This document shows, piece by piece, positions 19,190 through 28,901 of a stretch of 64,000 bases of DNA; position 1 is the first letter of the stretch, and the number at the start of each line of letters is the position of its first letter. The notes beneath the pieces were generated by a model that had not been told where the DNA came from, searched no databases, and saw nothing but the letters and a program-made list of their open reading frames with translations. The stretch is taken from the NCBI GenBank assembly GCA_030650425.1, contig JAUSED010000009.1, positions 32,904-96,903 of the forward strand. The letters run 5' to 3'. The translations under genes were made by a program, and so were the position numbers. The DNA is from Candidatus Omnitrophota bacterium (GTDB taxonomy: Bacteria > Omnitrophota > Gorgyraeia > Gygaellales > Profunditerraquicolaceae).

Positions 19190-20644
19190 ATGGAACTTTA
19201 TAAATTAACTGCTCACGAACTCCTCGAAAAATTAAAGAATAAAGAAATAACCGCGGAAGAAATCTCCTCAAGTTTAGCTAAGAGAATTGAGGATGTGGAT
19301 GTTGAGGTTAAAGCATATGTGAGGACTCCAGAAAAATGGGGACAAAAAAGGGGACAGTCCCCAGAAAAAGGGGACAGTCCCCTTTTTTTCGAAACAAAAG
19401 GCATTCCTGTATCTATAAAAGATAATATCTGTACCGATGGTTATAGCACTGAATGCTGTTCAAAAATTCTCGAAGGTTTTAAGCCGCCCTATAATGCGAC
19501 GGTAATCAATAAAATAAACGAGGCTGGACATAGTTTTCTGGGTTTAAAGTGCAATATGGATGAATTCGCTTTTGGTTCATCCACCGAAAATTCCTGTTTT
19601 GGCCCGACGCGTAATCCTTGGAATTTAGAATCTGTTCCCGGCGGTTCTTCCGGAGGCTCAGCAGCGGCAGTGGCCGGGGATGAAGCAATTTGGGCCCTGG
19701 GTTCGGATACTGGCGGCTCTATCCGTCAACCTGCTTCTTTCTGCGGAGTGGTGGGATTAAAGCCGACCTATGGAAGGGTTTCGCGTTATGGTTTAATCGC
19801 TTTTGCCTCCAGCCTTGATCAAATCGGGCCGCTGACTAAAGATGCGCGGGACTCGGCGCTGCTAATGAATATAATTTCCGGCTTTGACCCGCTTGATTCC
19901 ACCTCGATCAATATTCCTGTTCCTGATTATACTAAGGATTTGATTAACGACGCCAAAGGTTTAAAGATCGGTATTCCCAAAGAATATTTTGTAGAGGGCC
20001 TTGATCCTGAAGTTAAATCAATAGTTGAAGAAGCGATTGATAAATTAAAGGGCTTGGGAGCGCAATTTAAAGAAGTTTCCCTGCCGCACACAGAATACGC
20101 TGTCCCAGTTTATTACATCATCGCTACTGCCGAAGCCAGTTCTAATTTAGCCCGTTTTGATGGCGTGCAATATGGTTTAAGGGCTAAGACGCAAGGGTTG
20201 ATTGATATGTATAAGAAAACGCGCCAACTCGGATTTGGCGACGAGGCTAAGCGCAGGATAATCTTAGGGACATTCGCGCTTTCACACGGCTATTACGACG
20301 CTTATTACCTGAGGGCATTAAAGGTACGCACGCTGATTAAACAGGATTTTGACAATGTATTTAAGGATTTTGATTGTATTGTTACGCCTACATCGCCTAC
20401 CGCGGCCTTTAAAATCGGTGACAAAGTAGATGATCCGCTTAAAATGTATTTATCGGATATCTACACCATCTCGGTAAATTTAGCCGGGATTCCGGCGATC
20501 TCCATTCCGTGCGGATTTACCAAAAAAGGATTACCGGTAGGCTTACAAATTTTAAGCAGGCATTTTAATGAAAGCGCGCTTTTTCGCTTAGCCTATACCT
20601 ACGAACAGAATACTGAGTGGCATAAAATGAAACCAAAATTATGA
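19190..20644 (+). CDS. gatA: Asp/Glu-tRNA amidotransferase subunit A
   Basis: Amidase signature [18 protein letters not shown] and [10 protein letters not shown]. It contains an in-frame palindromic repeat at 19337-19382. Confidence 0.9.
   Translation: MELYKLTAHELLEKLKNKEITAEEISSSLAKRIEDVDVEVKAYVRTPEKWGQKRGQSPEKGDSPLFFETKGIPVSIKDNICTDGYSTECCSKILEGFKPPYNATVINKINEAGHSFLGLKCNMDEFAFGSSTENSCFGPTRNPWNLESVPGGSSGGSAAAVAGDEAIWALGSDTGGSIRQPASFCGVVGLKPTYGRVSRYGLIAFASSLDQIGPLTKDARDSALLMNIISGFDPLDSTSINIPVPDYTKDLINDAKGLKIGIPKEYFVEGLDPEVKSIVEEAIDKLKGLGAQFKEVSLPHTEYAVPVYYIIATAEASSNLARFDGVQYGLRAKTQGLIDMYKKTRQLGFGDEAKRRIILGTFALSHGYYDAYYLRALKVRTLIKQDFDNVFKDFDCIVTPTSPTAAFKIGDKVDDPLKMYLSDIYTISVNLAGIPAISIPCGFTKKGLPVGLQILSRHFNESALFRLAYTYEQNTEWHKMKPKL
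19337..19382. repeat. Tandem GGGGACA(A/G)... and GGGGACAGTCCCC palindromic units inside the gatA coding frame
   Basis: TGGGGACAAAAAAGGGGACAGTCCCCAGAAAAAGGGGACAGTCCCC. It encodes [15 protein letters not shown] in a variable N-terminal linker of GatA. Confidence 0.75.
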
Positions 20645-22077
20645 AATACGAACCGGTCATCGGATTAGAAGTGCATTTGCATTTAAATACTAAAACCAAG
20701 GCTTTTTGCGGCTGCTCTACGCAATTCGGCAGTGAACCCAATGCGCAAGTCTGTCCTGTATGCTTAGGTTTTCCCGGGTCACTCCCGGTTTATAACCAGA
20801 CTGCCCTGGATTATGCTATCAAAGTTGCCTTAGCCTTAAATTGCAAGGTTCAGGAACATACCAAGTTTGACCGGAAAAATTATTTTTATCCTGATTTGCC
20901 TAAAAATTACCAGATTTCACAATATGATTTGCCGCTTTCTATGCACGGGTTTCTGGATATCGAACTCGGCGGTCAAGAAAAACGCATTGGTATAACCCGG
21001 GTACATATGGAAGAGGACGCGGGAAAGCTCATTCATCAGGAAGATTGCAGCCTGGTAGATTTTAACCGCACCGGAATTCCGCTTTTAGAGATTGTCAGCG
21101 AACCGGATCTAAACTCTCCTGAGGAAGCTTATGAGTATTTATCCACCCTTAAGAGCGTCATTGAATACTTGGATGTCTCGGATTGCGATATGGAAAAAGG
21201 ATCGCTGCGCTGTGATGCCAATATATCCTTAAGGCCGGCAGGCTCAAAAACCTTAGGGGTAAAAACAGAGCTGAAGAACATGAATTCATTTAAGGGTGTA
21301 AAAGATGCCTTAGCTTTTGAGATAGGGCGTCAAAATAAATTATTGGAATCAGCAGAGACATTACTTCAAGAAACCCGGCTTTGGAATGCTAAATCTTCGG
21401 AAACACTTCCGATGCGCGTCAAAGAAGGAGCTAAGGATTACCGCTATTTTCCTGAGCCGGATTTACCCGCGCTTATAATCACGGAAAGTAAGATAGCGGA
21501 AATAAAAAATACGATTCCGGAATTACCTAAAGAAAAAATGAGACGTTTTATTAAAGATTATGGGCTGTCGGAATATGACGCGAAAGTATTAACCGCTTCC
21601 AAGTGGACAGCGCGATTCAGCGAAGAAACGATGCGTAAATTTAGCGCGGTTAATAAAAAACCGGTGGCGAATTGGATCATTGGGCCGTTAGCAGGCATAG
21701 CCGGAAATAAATCCTGTGAAATCTCCGCGCTGAGAATTTCGGCTGATCAGCTTGTGGATTTGATCGAATTAGTTGAGAAAAAACAGGTTATTTCAAACTT
21801 GACCGGCAAGGTTGTTTTGGAAGAGATGGCTAATACCGGTAAGCATCCCCAAAAAATAATCGAAGAAAAAAATTTGGCCCAGATTTCCGATTCAACCAGT
21901 TTGAATAGTGTTATTGCCGGGGTGATCAAGGAAAATCCCAAGTCTGTCGCGGATTATAAGACAGGAAAAGCGAATGCCCTGATGTTTCTGGTCGGACAGG
22001 CAATGCGTAAAAGCGCGGGAAAGGCCAACCCTAAAATGCTACAGACGTTATTAAAGGAGCGTTTGGATAGTGAATAA
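20641..22077 (+). CDS. gatB: Asp/Glu-tRNA amidotransferase subunit B
   Basis: [24 protein letters not shown] and a Zn-binding CPVC motif. Confidence 0.9.
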   Translation: MKYEPVIGLEVHLHLNTKTKAFCGCSTQFGSEPNAQVCPVCLGFPGSLPVYNQTALDYAIKVALALNCKVQEHTKFDRKNYFYPDLPKNYQISQYDLPLSMHGFLDIELGGQEKRIGITRVHMEEDAGKLIHQEDCSLVDFNRTGIPLLEIVSEPDLNSPEEAYEYLSTLKSVIEYLDVSDCDMEKGSLRCDANISLRPAGSKTLGVKTELKNMNSFKGVKDALAFEIGRQNKLLESAETLLQETRLWNAKSSETLPMRVKEGAKDYRYFPEPDLPALIITESKIAEIKNTIPELPKEKMRRFIKDYGLSEYDAKVLTASKWTARFSEETMRKFSAVNKKPVANWIIGPLAGIAGNKSCEISALRISADQLVDLIELVEKKQVISNLTGKVVLEEMANTGKHPQKIIEEKNLAQISDSTSLNSVIAGVIKENPKSVADYKTGKANALMFLVGQAMRKSAGKANPKMLQTLLKERLDSE

Positions 22078-23269
22078 GAAAATTATCGCCTTATTAATGG
22101 TGATCATCGTGCTTTTAGCTTGTGCTACTTTGGCGATTTCCTTTGATAAGAAAAAGAGCAATGATTTGTACCGGCAGGTCGAACTTTTTTCGGATGTCTT
22201 GGCGGTTGTGGATACGGATTATGTGGATGAAGTAAAGCCAAAGGATCTGATTTATGGCGCTTTAAAAGGCATGCTCTCTTCCTTGGATCCGCACAGCCAG
22301 TTTATGGACGCGGATACTTACAATGAATTAAAATCGGATACCGAAGGGCAATTCGGCGGCTTAGGAATCGAGATCTCCTTGAAAGACGGGCTACTCACGA
22401 TCATTACGCCGATCGAGGATACTCCGGCTTGGCAGGCAGGGCTAAAAGCAGGAGACCGGATTGTGAAAGTTAATAATCAGTTAACCCGGGGAATAGACCT
22501 AAGCGAAGCGATGAAAAAGCTGCGCGGTAAACCGGGTGAAATAGTTAAGCTGACTATCTTGCGGGAGTCAGAGAAAAAGTTACTGGAGTTTTCGATTACC
22601 CGCGCAATCATCAAAATTAACGATATTAAAGAGGCGAAAGTATTGGAAGGAGGTATCGGTTATATCCGCATGTTGGAATTCAGGGATAACACTCCTAAGG
22701 ATTTTAATGCCGCGATTAAAAAGTTAGTTAAACTTAAAATGGACTCTCTGATATTGGATTTACGCAATAATCCGGGAGGAGTGCTGGAGAGCGCTTTAGA
22801 GATAACCGGAAAATTTATCCCCGAAGGGAAATTGATTGCTTATACTAAGGGCAGAAAAGAGAACCAAAATTTACAATTTAAGGCGCAAGCCAAGCATCCG
22901 ATGCTTAACTTGCCTATGGTGATATTAATCAATGAAGGGTCGGCTTCCGGAAGCGAGATTCTCGCCGGGGCATTGCAGGATTATAAACGAGCGGTAATTT
23001 TAGGGGAAAAATCTTTTGGTAAGGGCTCGGTGCAAACAGTTATACCTTTAAGCGACGGCTCGGCATTGAGATTGACGACCAGTAAATATTTTACTCCTTC
23101 GGGTAAAATTATCCATGGGAAAGGGGTTATCCCCGATCTAGTCGTAAGTAACGGGATTAAAAAAGAAAAAGATGAAGGGCCTTGGGAATACAAGTCGGAT
23201 TTACAGGTTATGGCGGCGGTCAATCTTATAAAGAAAGGGATTGCTTTGCCCCTTCGGGGCTCGCAATGA
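22070..23269 (+). CDS. ctpA: Carboxyl-terminal processing protease (S41) with a PDZ domain
   Basis: An N-terminal TM segment, a PDZ region (GLKAGDRIVKVN), and an S41 catalytic region GSASGSEIL...KGS. Confidence 0.85.
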   Translation: MNKKIIALLMVIIVLLACATLAISFDKKKSNDLYRQVELFSDVLAVVDTDYVDEVKPKDLIYGALKGMLSSLDPHSQFMDADTYNELKSDTEGQFGGLGIEISLKDGLLTIITPIEDTPAWQAGLKAGDRIVKVNNQLTRGIDLSEAMKKLRGKPGEIVKLTILRESEKKLLEFSITRAIIKINDIKEAKVLEGGIGYIRMLEFRDNTPKDFNAAIKKLVKLKMDSLILDLRNNPGGVLESALEITGKFIPEGKLIAYTKGRKENQNLQFKAQAKHPMLNLPMVILINEGSASGSEILAGALQDYKRAVILGEKSFGKGSVQTVIPLSDGSALRLTTSKYFTPSGKIIHGKGVIPDLVVSNGIKKEKDEGPWEYKSDLQVMAAVNLIKKGIALPLRGSQ

Positions 23270-23279
23270 CAGTTTTTTA

Positions 23280-24041
23280 ATGAAAAAACTTGCCACCATT
23301 ATTCTGATATTGGTTATTTTATTCGCACTAATCGCCTTTCTTACCAGAAAACCTCAGAAGGCAGTCAGCTTTAAGCCAGTGATCAAGGGAAGGATTGCTA
23401 TTGTCCTAGATGACTGGGGGTATAATTTAAATAATCTACGGAGTATAGAAGAAATAAAATATCCCCTTACCGCATCAATTTTACCTAATATTGCCTATAC
23501 CCGAAAAGTCGCTGAAGAATTACATTCGAGGGGTTTTGAAGTAATTTTACACCTGCCTATGGAGCCGGAAGAAAAGTTGAGCCTGGAAAAAAACACCATC
23601 AAAACCTCGATGGAGAAAACCCAAATTTTGAATATTCTGGATAGTGATTTGAGCAGCATTGCCTACGCTGACGGAGTATCAAATCATATGGGGTCTAAAG
23701 CGACAAGCGACTTAAAGACGATGGAAGTTATTTTTAAGGAATTAAAAAATCGGCATCTTTACTTTCTGGATAGTTTTGTAACCTCGAAGTCTGTCTGTTC
23801 GGATTTAGCGCGTAAAATTGGGCTGAGGTCATTTACGAGGGATGTATTTTTGGATAATCTGGAAGAGCGCGAGTATATCAAACAACAAATTTATAAACTT
23901 AAAGCTAAAGCAAGGGCAAAGGGATTTGCCATTGGGATAGGCCATGACCGTAAGGTTACCTTAGAGGTTTTAAGAGAGGTTATGCCGCAGATAGCCAAAG
24001 AAGGGTATAAATTTGTGTTTTTATCGGAGCTATCAAGATGA
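23280..24041 (+). CDS. Divergent polysaccharide deacetylase family protein (YibQ-like)
   Basis: A TM anchor followed by IAIVLDDWGYN and a polysaccharide deacetylase-like fold. The start is placed at the ATG at 23280, just after the ctpA stop. Confidence 0.6.
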   Translation: MKKLATIILILVILFALIAFLTRKPQKAVSFKPVIKGRIAIVLDDWGYNLNNLRSIEEIKYPLTASILPNIAYTRKVAEELHSRGFEVILHLPMEPEEKLSLEKNTIKTSMEKTQILNILDSDLSSIAYADGVSNHMGSKATSDLKTMEVIFKELKNRHLYFLDSFVTSKSVCSDLARKIGLRSFTRDVFLDNLEEREYIKQQIYKLKAKARAKGFAIGIGHDRKVTLEVLREVMPQIAKEGYKFVFLSELSR

Positions 24042-25027
24042 TTGTTCTAGGGCTTGAGACTTCCTGCGATGAGACCTCCGCGGCGGTGGTGAAAAACGGG
24101 AAGAAGATAATTTCTTGCGCGGTGGCCTCCAGCCTTGAATTCCATAAAAAATACGGAGGGGTAATTCCGGAGATTGCTTCGCGCGCTCAACTGGAAACAA
24201 TTACCGGAATCACGGATTGCGCGATACGGGAAGCGAAAATAAAATTAAGGGATATTAACTTGATTAGCGTAACCAGCGGCCCGGGGTTAATCGGTTCATT
24301 GTTAGTGGGCATTTCATTCGCCAAGGCCCTATCTTTAAGTTTAAATAAGCCATTATTGGGGATTAATCACGTCTATAGCCATTTTTACGCTAATTTCCTA
24401 AGCGGGGAAAAGATAAGATTACCATTTATGGCTTTAGTTGTTTCCGGCGGCCATACAAACTTATTTTTTGTCCGCGATTTTGATAAAATAGAGCTCCTCG
24501 GCCAGACTCAGGACGATGCCTGTGGAGAGGCCTTTGATAAAGTAGCTAAGATTCTAAATTTGGGTTACCCCGGGGGCCCAGCGATCGAGAAAATAGCCCT
24601 GCGCGGGAATCCCGATAAGATTAAATTTAATTGTTCCGGCACGAAGAATGAATTAGATTTTAGTTTTAGCGGAATTAAAACCGCCGTCTTGTATTATGTT
24701 AGAGATCGAAAGACAAAAGTCAGAAGACAGGATACTGCTGATCTTGCGGCGAGTTTTCAGGAAGCTGTCATTGATACGCTTGTGAGAAAGGCACTCTTAG
24801 CCTGCAAGTTAAAAAAAATAAACCGGTTGGTTATAGGTGGAGGGGTAGCGGCAAATAGCCGGTTAAGGGGTAAATTTAATCAAGCTGCCCGGAAATTTAA
24901 TTTAAACTGTTATTTCCCGCCAAGCTCTCTTTGTATGGATAACGCCGCGATGATCGCGGGCTTAGCATATCAACTATTTAAAAAAGGCCATTGCTCAGGC
25001 TTAGGCTTGAGCGCGGAATTAAACTAG
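24038..25027 (+). CDS. tsaD: tRNA N6-adenosine threonylcarbamoyltransferase
   Basis: LGLETSCDETSAAVV and a GGVAAN region match the Kae1/Gcp family. Confidence 0.9.
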   Translation: MIVLGLETSCDETSAAVVKNGKKIISCAVASSLEFHKKYGGVIPEIASRAQLETITGITDCAIREAKIKLRDINLISVTSGPGLIGSLLVGISFAKALSLSLNKPLLGINHVYSHFYANFLSGEKIRLPFMALVVSGGHTNLFFVRDFDKIELLGQTQDDACGEAFDKVAKILNLGYPGGPAIEKIALRGNPDKIKFNCSGTKNELDFSFSGIKTAVLYYVRDRKTKVRRQDTADLAASFQEAVIDTLVRKALLACKLKKINRLVIGGGVAANSRLRGKFNQAARKFNLNCYFPPSSLCMDNAAMIAGLAYQLFKKGHCSGLGLSAELN

Positions 25028-25047
25028 CCATTGACAAGGGGGTTAAA

Positions 25048-25497
25048 ATGCTTACAGACAGCCAAATTATTGTTCGTTTGGTACTAAGCGTAATTTTAAG
25101 CGGGTTGATTGGATTCGAAAGGCAACTGCACAAAAGGAATGCCGGGTTGCGCACGCATATTTTAGTTGCTTTGGGTTCTTGTCTTATAATGTTGACATCC
25201 ATCTATGTTTTTGATATATATAAAGATATAGCCAAGGCTGACCCGGCGCGGATTGCCGCGGGAGTAATCACCGGTATTGGGTTTTTAGGCGCGGGTACGA
25301 TTATTCGCGATAGAGAGGGAGTTAGAGGCCTTACTACCGCTGCCAGCCTTTGGGTTGTGGCAGGTATTGGTTTAGCTGCTGGATGCGGTTTTCTTAACGC
25401 GTCAGTTTACGCTACGGTTTTAGCTTTGATTGTCCTTTTCTTTTTAAGATACTTTGAGTCAATAGTTTTTAACGACGATAATGATAAGCAGCACTAA
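25048..25497 (+). CDS. MgtC/SapB family membrane protein
   Basis: VRLVLSVILSGLIGFERQ is the MgtC signature. The start is chosen at the ATG at 25048, which has an AAGGGGG RBS. Confidence 0.8.
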   Translation: MLTDSQIIVRLVLSVILSGLIGFERQLHKRNAGLRTHILVALGSCLIMLTSIYVFDIYKDIAKADPARIAAGVITGIGFLGAGTIIRDREGVRGLTTAASLWVVAGIGLAAGCGFLNASVYATVLALIVLFFLRYFESIVFNDDNDKQH

Positions 25498-25503
25498 ACA
25501 TTG

Positions 25504-25557
25504 ATACCGCACATAGTGCGGTATCAAACAAGCCATAAGCACCAGAGGTATGGCTTG
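25504..25557 (+). terminator. Two consecutive stem-loops after mgtC
   Basis: GATACCGCACATAGTGCGGTATC and CAAGCCATAAGCACCAGAGGTATGGCTTG. There is no strong U-tract, so the terminator call is tentative. Confidence 0.3.
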
Positions 25558-25573
25558 TTTGAGGAGGTGGGAT

Positions 25574-26077
25574 ATGGCTTTTAAGAAAAAGCTGGAAGAA
25601 AAGATTTTAGATGTCGATGCCTCCATGCAAGGGACATTAAGTTTTAAAGACGCGGTAAATTTACGGATTAACGGGAAATTTGAAGGCACTCTTGAAACTA
25701 AAGGGAATTTGACCATAGGCCCTACCGCGGTAGTAACCGCGGATATTAACGGTGATAATATTATTATCGGAGGCAGGGTCAGAGGGAGGATCACCGCCAG
25801 AGAGAGACTAACCATTTTACCTGCAGCTATGGTTGAGGGAGATATCTTTCCGGCTAAATTAAATATTGCTGAGGGCGCGATTTTAGAAGGCAGGTGCTGC
25901 ATGCTGCATGATTTTCTAAATGCCGAGGAGCTGGCCAGGTATCTGGAAGTTGATCTTAATTCTATCATGGAATGGGCAAATTCGGGTAAGGTCCCGGGCC
26001 ACAAAGAGGGCGATGCCTGGAAATTCGAGAGAAAGGCGATTGATTCTTGGGTAGGTTCGGGGAAGATCGATAAATAA
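25574..26077 (+). CDS. Bactofilin-domain protein fused to a C-terminal excisionase/MerR-type HTH
   Basis: Bactofilin beta-helix repeats (GNLTIGPTAVVTADINGDNIIIGGRVRGRITARERLTILPAAMVEGDI) are followed by LNAEELARYLEVDLNSIMEWANSGKVPGHKEGDAWKFERKAIDSW, an HTH_17-like domain. A GAGGAGG RBS precedes the start. Confidence 0.6.
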   Translation: MAFKKKLEEKILDVDASMQGTLSFKDAVNLRINGKFEGTLETKGNLTIGPTAVVTADINGDNIIIGGRVRGRITARERLTILPAAMVEGDIFPAKLNIAEGAILEGRCCMLHDFLNAEELARYLEVDLNSIMEWANSGKVPGHKEGDAWKFERKAIDSWVGSGKIDK

Positions 26078-26088
26078 AAAATTAAACT

Positions 26089-26397
26089 ATGAGCAATGAA
26101 AAACTTTTAACGGTAAGAGAAGTTTCCCTGCTATTAAGTATTTCGGAAAAAGAGGTGATCGATCTGGCAGAGACCGGGATTATACCGGCGTACAAGGTAG
26201 GAGGAGTTTACCTGCGTTTTAAGAGAGAACAGGTGCTGGGATACCAGAAGACACTGCGTCCGTTTACCGCTAAAGTTGAATCAGTCTCCAACAGCCCGCT
26301 CCAGGATAAAATAAGCGATTTTTTCTATTTCAACGATTTCTATATACTCTCCGCGGGCCTGATAGTTTTATTACTCGTAATCATCCTGGGGAGTTAA
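26089..26397 (+). CDS. HTH (excisionase-type) DNA-binding protein with a C-terminal transmembrane helix
   Basis: LTVREVSLLLSISEKEVIDLAETGIIPAYKVGGVYLRFKREQV is an HTH_17 domain. A hydrophobic segment LSAGLIVLLLVIILG lies at the C-terminus. Confidence 0.45.
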   Translation: MSNEKLLTVREVSLLLSISEKEVIDLAETGIIPAYKVGGVYLRFKREQVLGYQKTLRPFTAKVESVSNSPLQDKISDFFYFNDFYILSAGLIVLLLVIILGS

Positions 26398-26408
26398 ATC
26401 CAGATACA

Positions 26409-27077
26409 ATGTCTTCAAAATCCGGTTTTTGCGATTTAGGATTTGCCAAGGTGGATATAGATAGAAAGCAACGCCGTGGTTTTGCCGAAGCAATCTACTG
26501 CGCGGGTAAAACCCGGGAACATATTAAAAATATAGCCTGCCAATTGATCAAGAACAGGCAGGATGTATTGCTTACCAGATTAGATAAGCAAACCTTCGAT
26601 TATCTTAAAAAACAAATTCCCGGTTTAAAATATAATCTTTTAGCCAAGATTGGTTTTTTAACCAAGAGGCCTAGCTTAGCAAAAAAAGGATTAGTTTTAG
26701 TTATTTCAGCCGGCACGGCGGATCTGCCGGTAGCGGAAGAGGCGGCAGTAACCCTGGAGGTTATGGGTAATCGGGTAAAAAGATTGTATGATGTGGGTGT
26801 AGCGGGAGTGCATCGTATTATGCACCATGCCGGGCTTTTAAAAAAAGCTAAGGTGATTATTGTGGCTGCCGGAATGGAAGGAGCCTTAGCCAGCTTAGTC
26901 AGCGGATTGGTAAGCGTTCCTGTTGTCGCGGTTCCGACTAGTTGTGGATACGGCGCAAGTTTCGCCGGGCTTTCCGCGTTATTGACGATGCTCAATAGCT
27001 GTTCTCCGGGAATTGCTACGGTGAATATCGATAACGGTTTCGGCGCCGGATATTTTGCCAGTTTGGTAAATAAATGA
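26409..27077 (+). CDS. larB: LarB-like PurE-family carboxylase (nickel-pincer nucleotide cofactor biosynthesis)
   Basis: An N-terminal LGFAKVDIDRKQRRGFAEAIYCAGKT region plus a PurE-like domain ending NIDNGFGAGYFA, as in LarB. Confidence 0.6.
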   Translation: MSSKSGFCDLGFAKVDIDRKQRRGFAEAIYCAGKTREHIKNIACQLIKNRQDVLLTRLDKQTFDYLKKQIPGLKYNLLAKIGFLTKRPSLAKKGLVLVISAGTADLPVAEEAAVTLEVMGNRVKRLYDVGVAGVHRIMHHAGLLKKAKVIIVAAGMEGALASLVSGLVSVPVVAVPTSCGYGASFAGLSALLTMLNSCSPGIATVNIDNGFGAGYFASLVNK

Positions 27078-27475
27078 TTTCATTAAAAGAAGCTATAAAA
27101 TTTCATGGGCATCTTGGGCCATATTTAATTTTGGGGATTATAGCCGGAAATTTAGGCTTAAAGAAGTTAGGCGTTAAGAAATATTTTGATTTGCGGGTTT
27201 TGGTTTACGGAGCAAATAAAAAACCAAAATCTTGCCTGATTGACGGTTTGCAGTTATCCACCGGAGCTACCTATGGGAAGGGGAACATTCAAAAATACGC
27301 GGCTAAGGAAATAAAGATAGTCATCCGGAATTTAAAAAACAATAAGGCTGTTATTATCACTTTGGGAGAATTCTTAGAGGAAAGACTAGCTGCTTTAAAA
27401 GGCCATAGCGACTCGGAAAATTTCGCTAAGGGATTATTAAAATCAGATTATCGCGAAATATTTAGATTAAACTAA
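27074..27475 (+). CDS. FwdE/FmdE-domain protein (small, Cys-less variant)
   Basis: FHGHLGPYLILG corresponds to the FHGHxCPG motif of the formylmethanofuran dehydrogenase subunit E family, with Cys replaced by Leu. It overlaps the larB stop. Confidence 0.5.
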   Translation: MISLKEAIKFHGHLGPYLILGIIAGNLGLKKLGVKKYFDLRVLVYGANKKPKSCLIDGLQLSTGATYGKGNIQKYAAKEIKIVIRNLKNNKAVIITLGEFLEERLAALKGHSDSENFAKGLLKSDYREIFRLN

Positions 27476-27488
27476 GGAGAATATAACC

Positions 27489-28817
27489 ATGGCTTTGTCA
27501 GGTTTGGATATTTATAAGTTGCTTCCTAAAACAAATTGCCGCGAATGCGGTTTTGCTACTTGTTTAGCTTTCGCTATGCAACTGGCCAAGAAAGCTGTTG
27601 GTATTGATAAATGTCCGCATTTGACCTCTGAAGTAAAGGGAAAGTTAGAAGCGCAATCCCAGCCGCCGATAAAATTAATTACCATTGGCTCAGGAGAAAC
27701 GCGATTAGAGATCGGGAATGAAAATGTGATGTTCAGGCATGAAGAAAAATTTTTCCGGCCTGCCGGAATCGGTTTTATAGTTGAGGATAATTCTACGGAC
27801 GCCGAAATTAAAACCAAGATAGAAAAAATCAATGAACTAAAATTTGAGCGCGTCGGCCAGCGTTTAGAGGTTAATCTCGTAGCCATAAGGCAGAATAAGG
27901 ATGCCAAAAGATTTATTGACGTTGTTCAGCTTGTATCAGTAAACACTCCTTTAAGCCTGGTCTTGATGAGCCCTGATGCGCAAGCCTTAAAAGGGGCTTT
28001 GGAGATTTTAAAAGGCAGGAACCCTTTAATTTATCATGCTACCAAAGAAAATTTAACCGCGCTTACGCAGCTAGCCAAGGATTACAAGGTACCCTTAGTT
28101 GCTCAAGGTGACGATCTTGAGAAAGTCAGCGAATTAACAGCTGAGCTTTCGAAACAAGGTGTAAATGATTTAATTATAGAGACTGGTAAAAAGCCGATAT
28201 CCGAAAAGGTATGGGATCTGACTCAAATTAGAAGGCTTGCTTTAAAAAAATCTAACCGCGGCCTTGGCTATCCTTCTTTAGTTGTGGTTGAGCAGAATGA
28301 TGTTTACGCGGAGGCGCAAGAAGCGGCAACCTATATTACAAAATACGCCGGGATTGTTTTGCTTAAAGGAATCGAGTCTTGGGCTGTTTTGTCGCTTTTG
28401 ACCTTGCGGCAAAATATTTATACTGATCCGCAAAAACCGCTTCAGATCGAACCTAAGCTTTATCCGATAGGGCAGGTAAACGATAAGTCTCCGGTTTTAG
28501 TCACGACTAATTTTTCACTTTCATATTATACTGTTTTGGGGGAAGTGGAGGCAAGTAAGATTCCCGCGTATATTATCAGTATAGATACAGAAGGAATGTC
28601 AGTATTGACTGCTTGGGCTGCGGAAAAATTTACCCCTCAAAAGATTAACGAATCGATAAACAAATTCGGGGTAAAGGACGCGATTTCGCATAAGCGCTTG
28701 GTTATTCCCGGGTATGTCGCGGTAATGAGCGGAGAGTTGCAGGACGAATCAGGATTTGAAATTATCGTCGGGCCGAAAGAAGCGGCAGGAATACCATCAT
28801 TTTTGAAGAATTTATAA
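27489..28817 (+). CDS. acsC: Corrinoid iron-sulfur protein large subunit (acetyl-CoA decarbonylase/synthase gamma)
   Basis: The N-terminal [4Fe-4S] motif LPKTNCRECGFATCLAFAMQLA, TIM-barrel and corrinoid-binding regions. The length of 442 aa is typical. Confidence 0.85.
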   Translation: MALSGLDIYKLLPKTNCRECGFATCLAFAMQLAKKAVGIDKCPHLTSEVKGKLEAQSQPPIKLITIGSGETRLEIGNENVMFRHEEKFFRPAGIGFIVEDNSTDAEIKTKIEKINELKFERVGQRLEVNLVAIRQNKDAKRFIDVVQLVSVNTPLSLVLMSPDAQALKGALEILKGRNPLIYHATKENLTALTQLAKDYKVPLVAQGDDLEKVSELTAELSKQGVNDLIIETGKKPISEKVWDLTQIRRLALKKSNRGLGYPSLVVVEQNDVYAEAQEAATYITKYAGIVLLKGIESWAVLSLLTLRQNIYTDPQKPLQIEPKLYPIGQVNDKSPVLVTTNFSLSYYTVLGEVEASKIPAYIISIDTEGMSVLTAWAAEKFTPQKINESINKFGVKDAISHKRLVIPGYVAVMSGELQDESGFEIIVGPKEAAGIPSFLKNL

Positions 28818-28825
28818 CTACGCTA

Positions 28826-28877
28826 GGGGACACTTTCCTTTAGCAGCTTAGTAAGAGCCCTGACGGAAAGTGTCCCC
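28826..28877. repeat. GGGGACACTTTCC-26 nt-GGAAAGTGTCCCC inverted-repeat element (intergenic copy 2)
   Basis: It has the same 13-bp arms and the same AGAGCCCTGAC spacer tail as the copy at 18745-18797. It lies between acsC and the RACo gene. Confidence 0.8.
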
Positions 28878-28901
28878 TGATAGTGCCCTGTAGTGTGAGA
28901 T

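Noticed and set aside
24991-25047. ORF-track starts for mgtC (24991), the bactofilin gene (25550), pdxJ (41267), the response regulator (45238) and the PAS kinase (43717).
   Set aside because: The upstream extensions overlap the preceding gene or the tRNA and add non-conserved residues. Internal ATGs with good RBSs were preferred.
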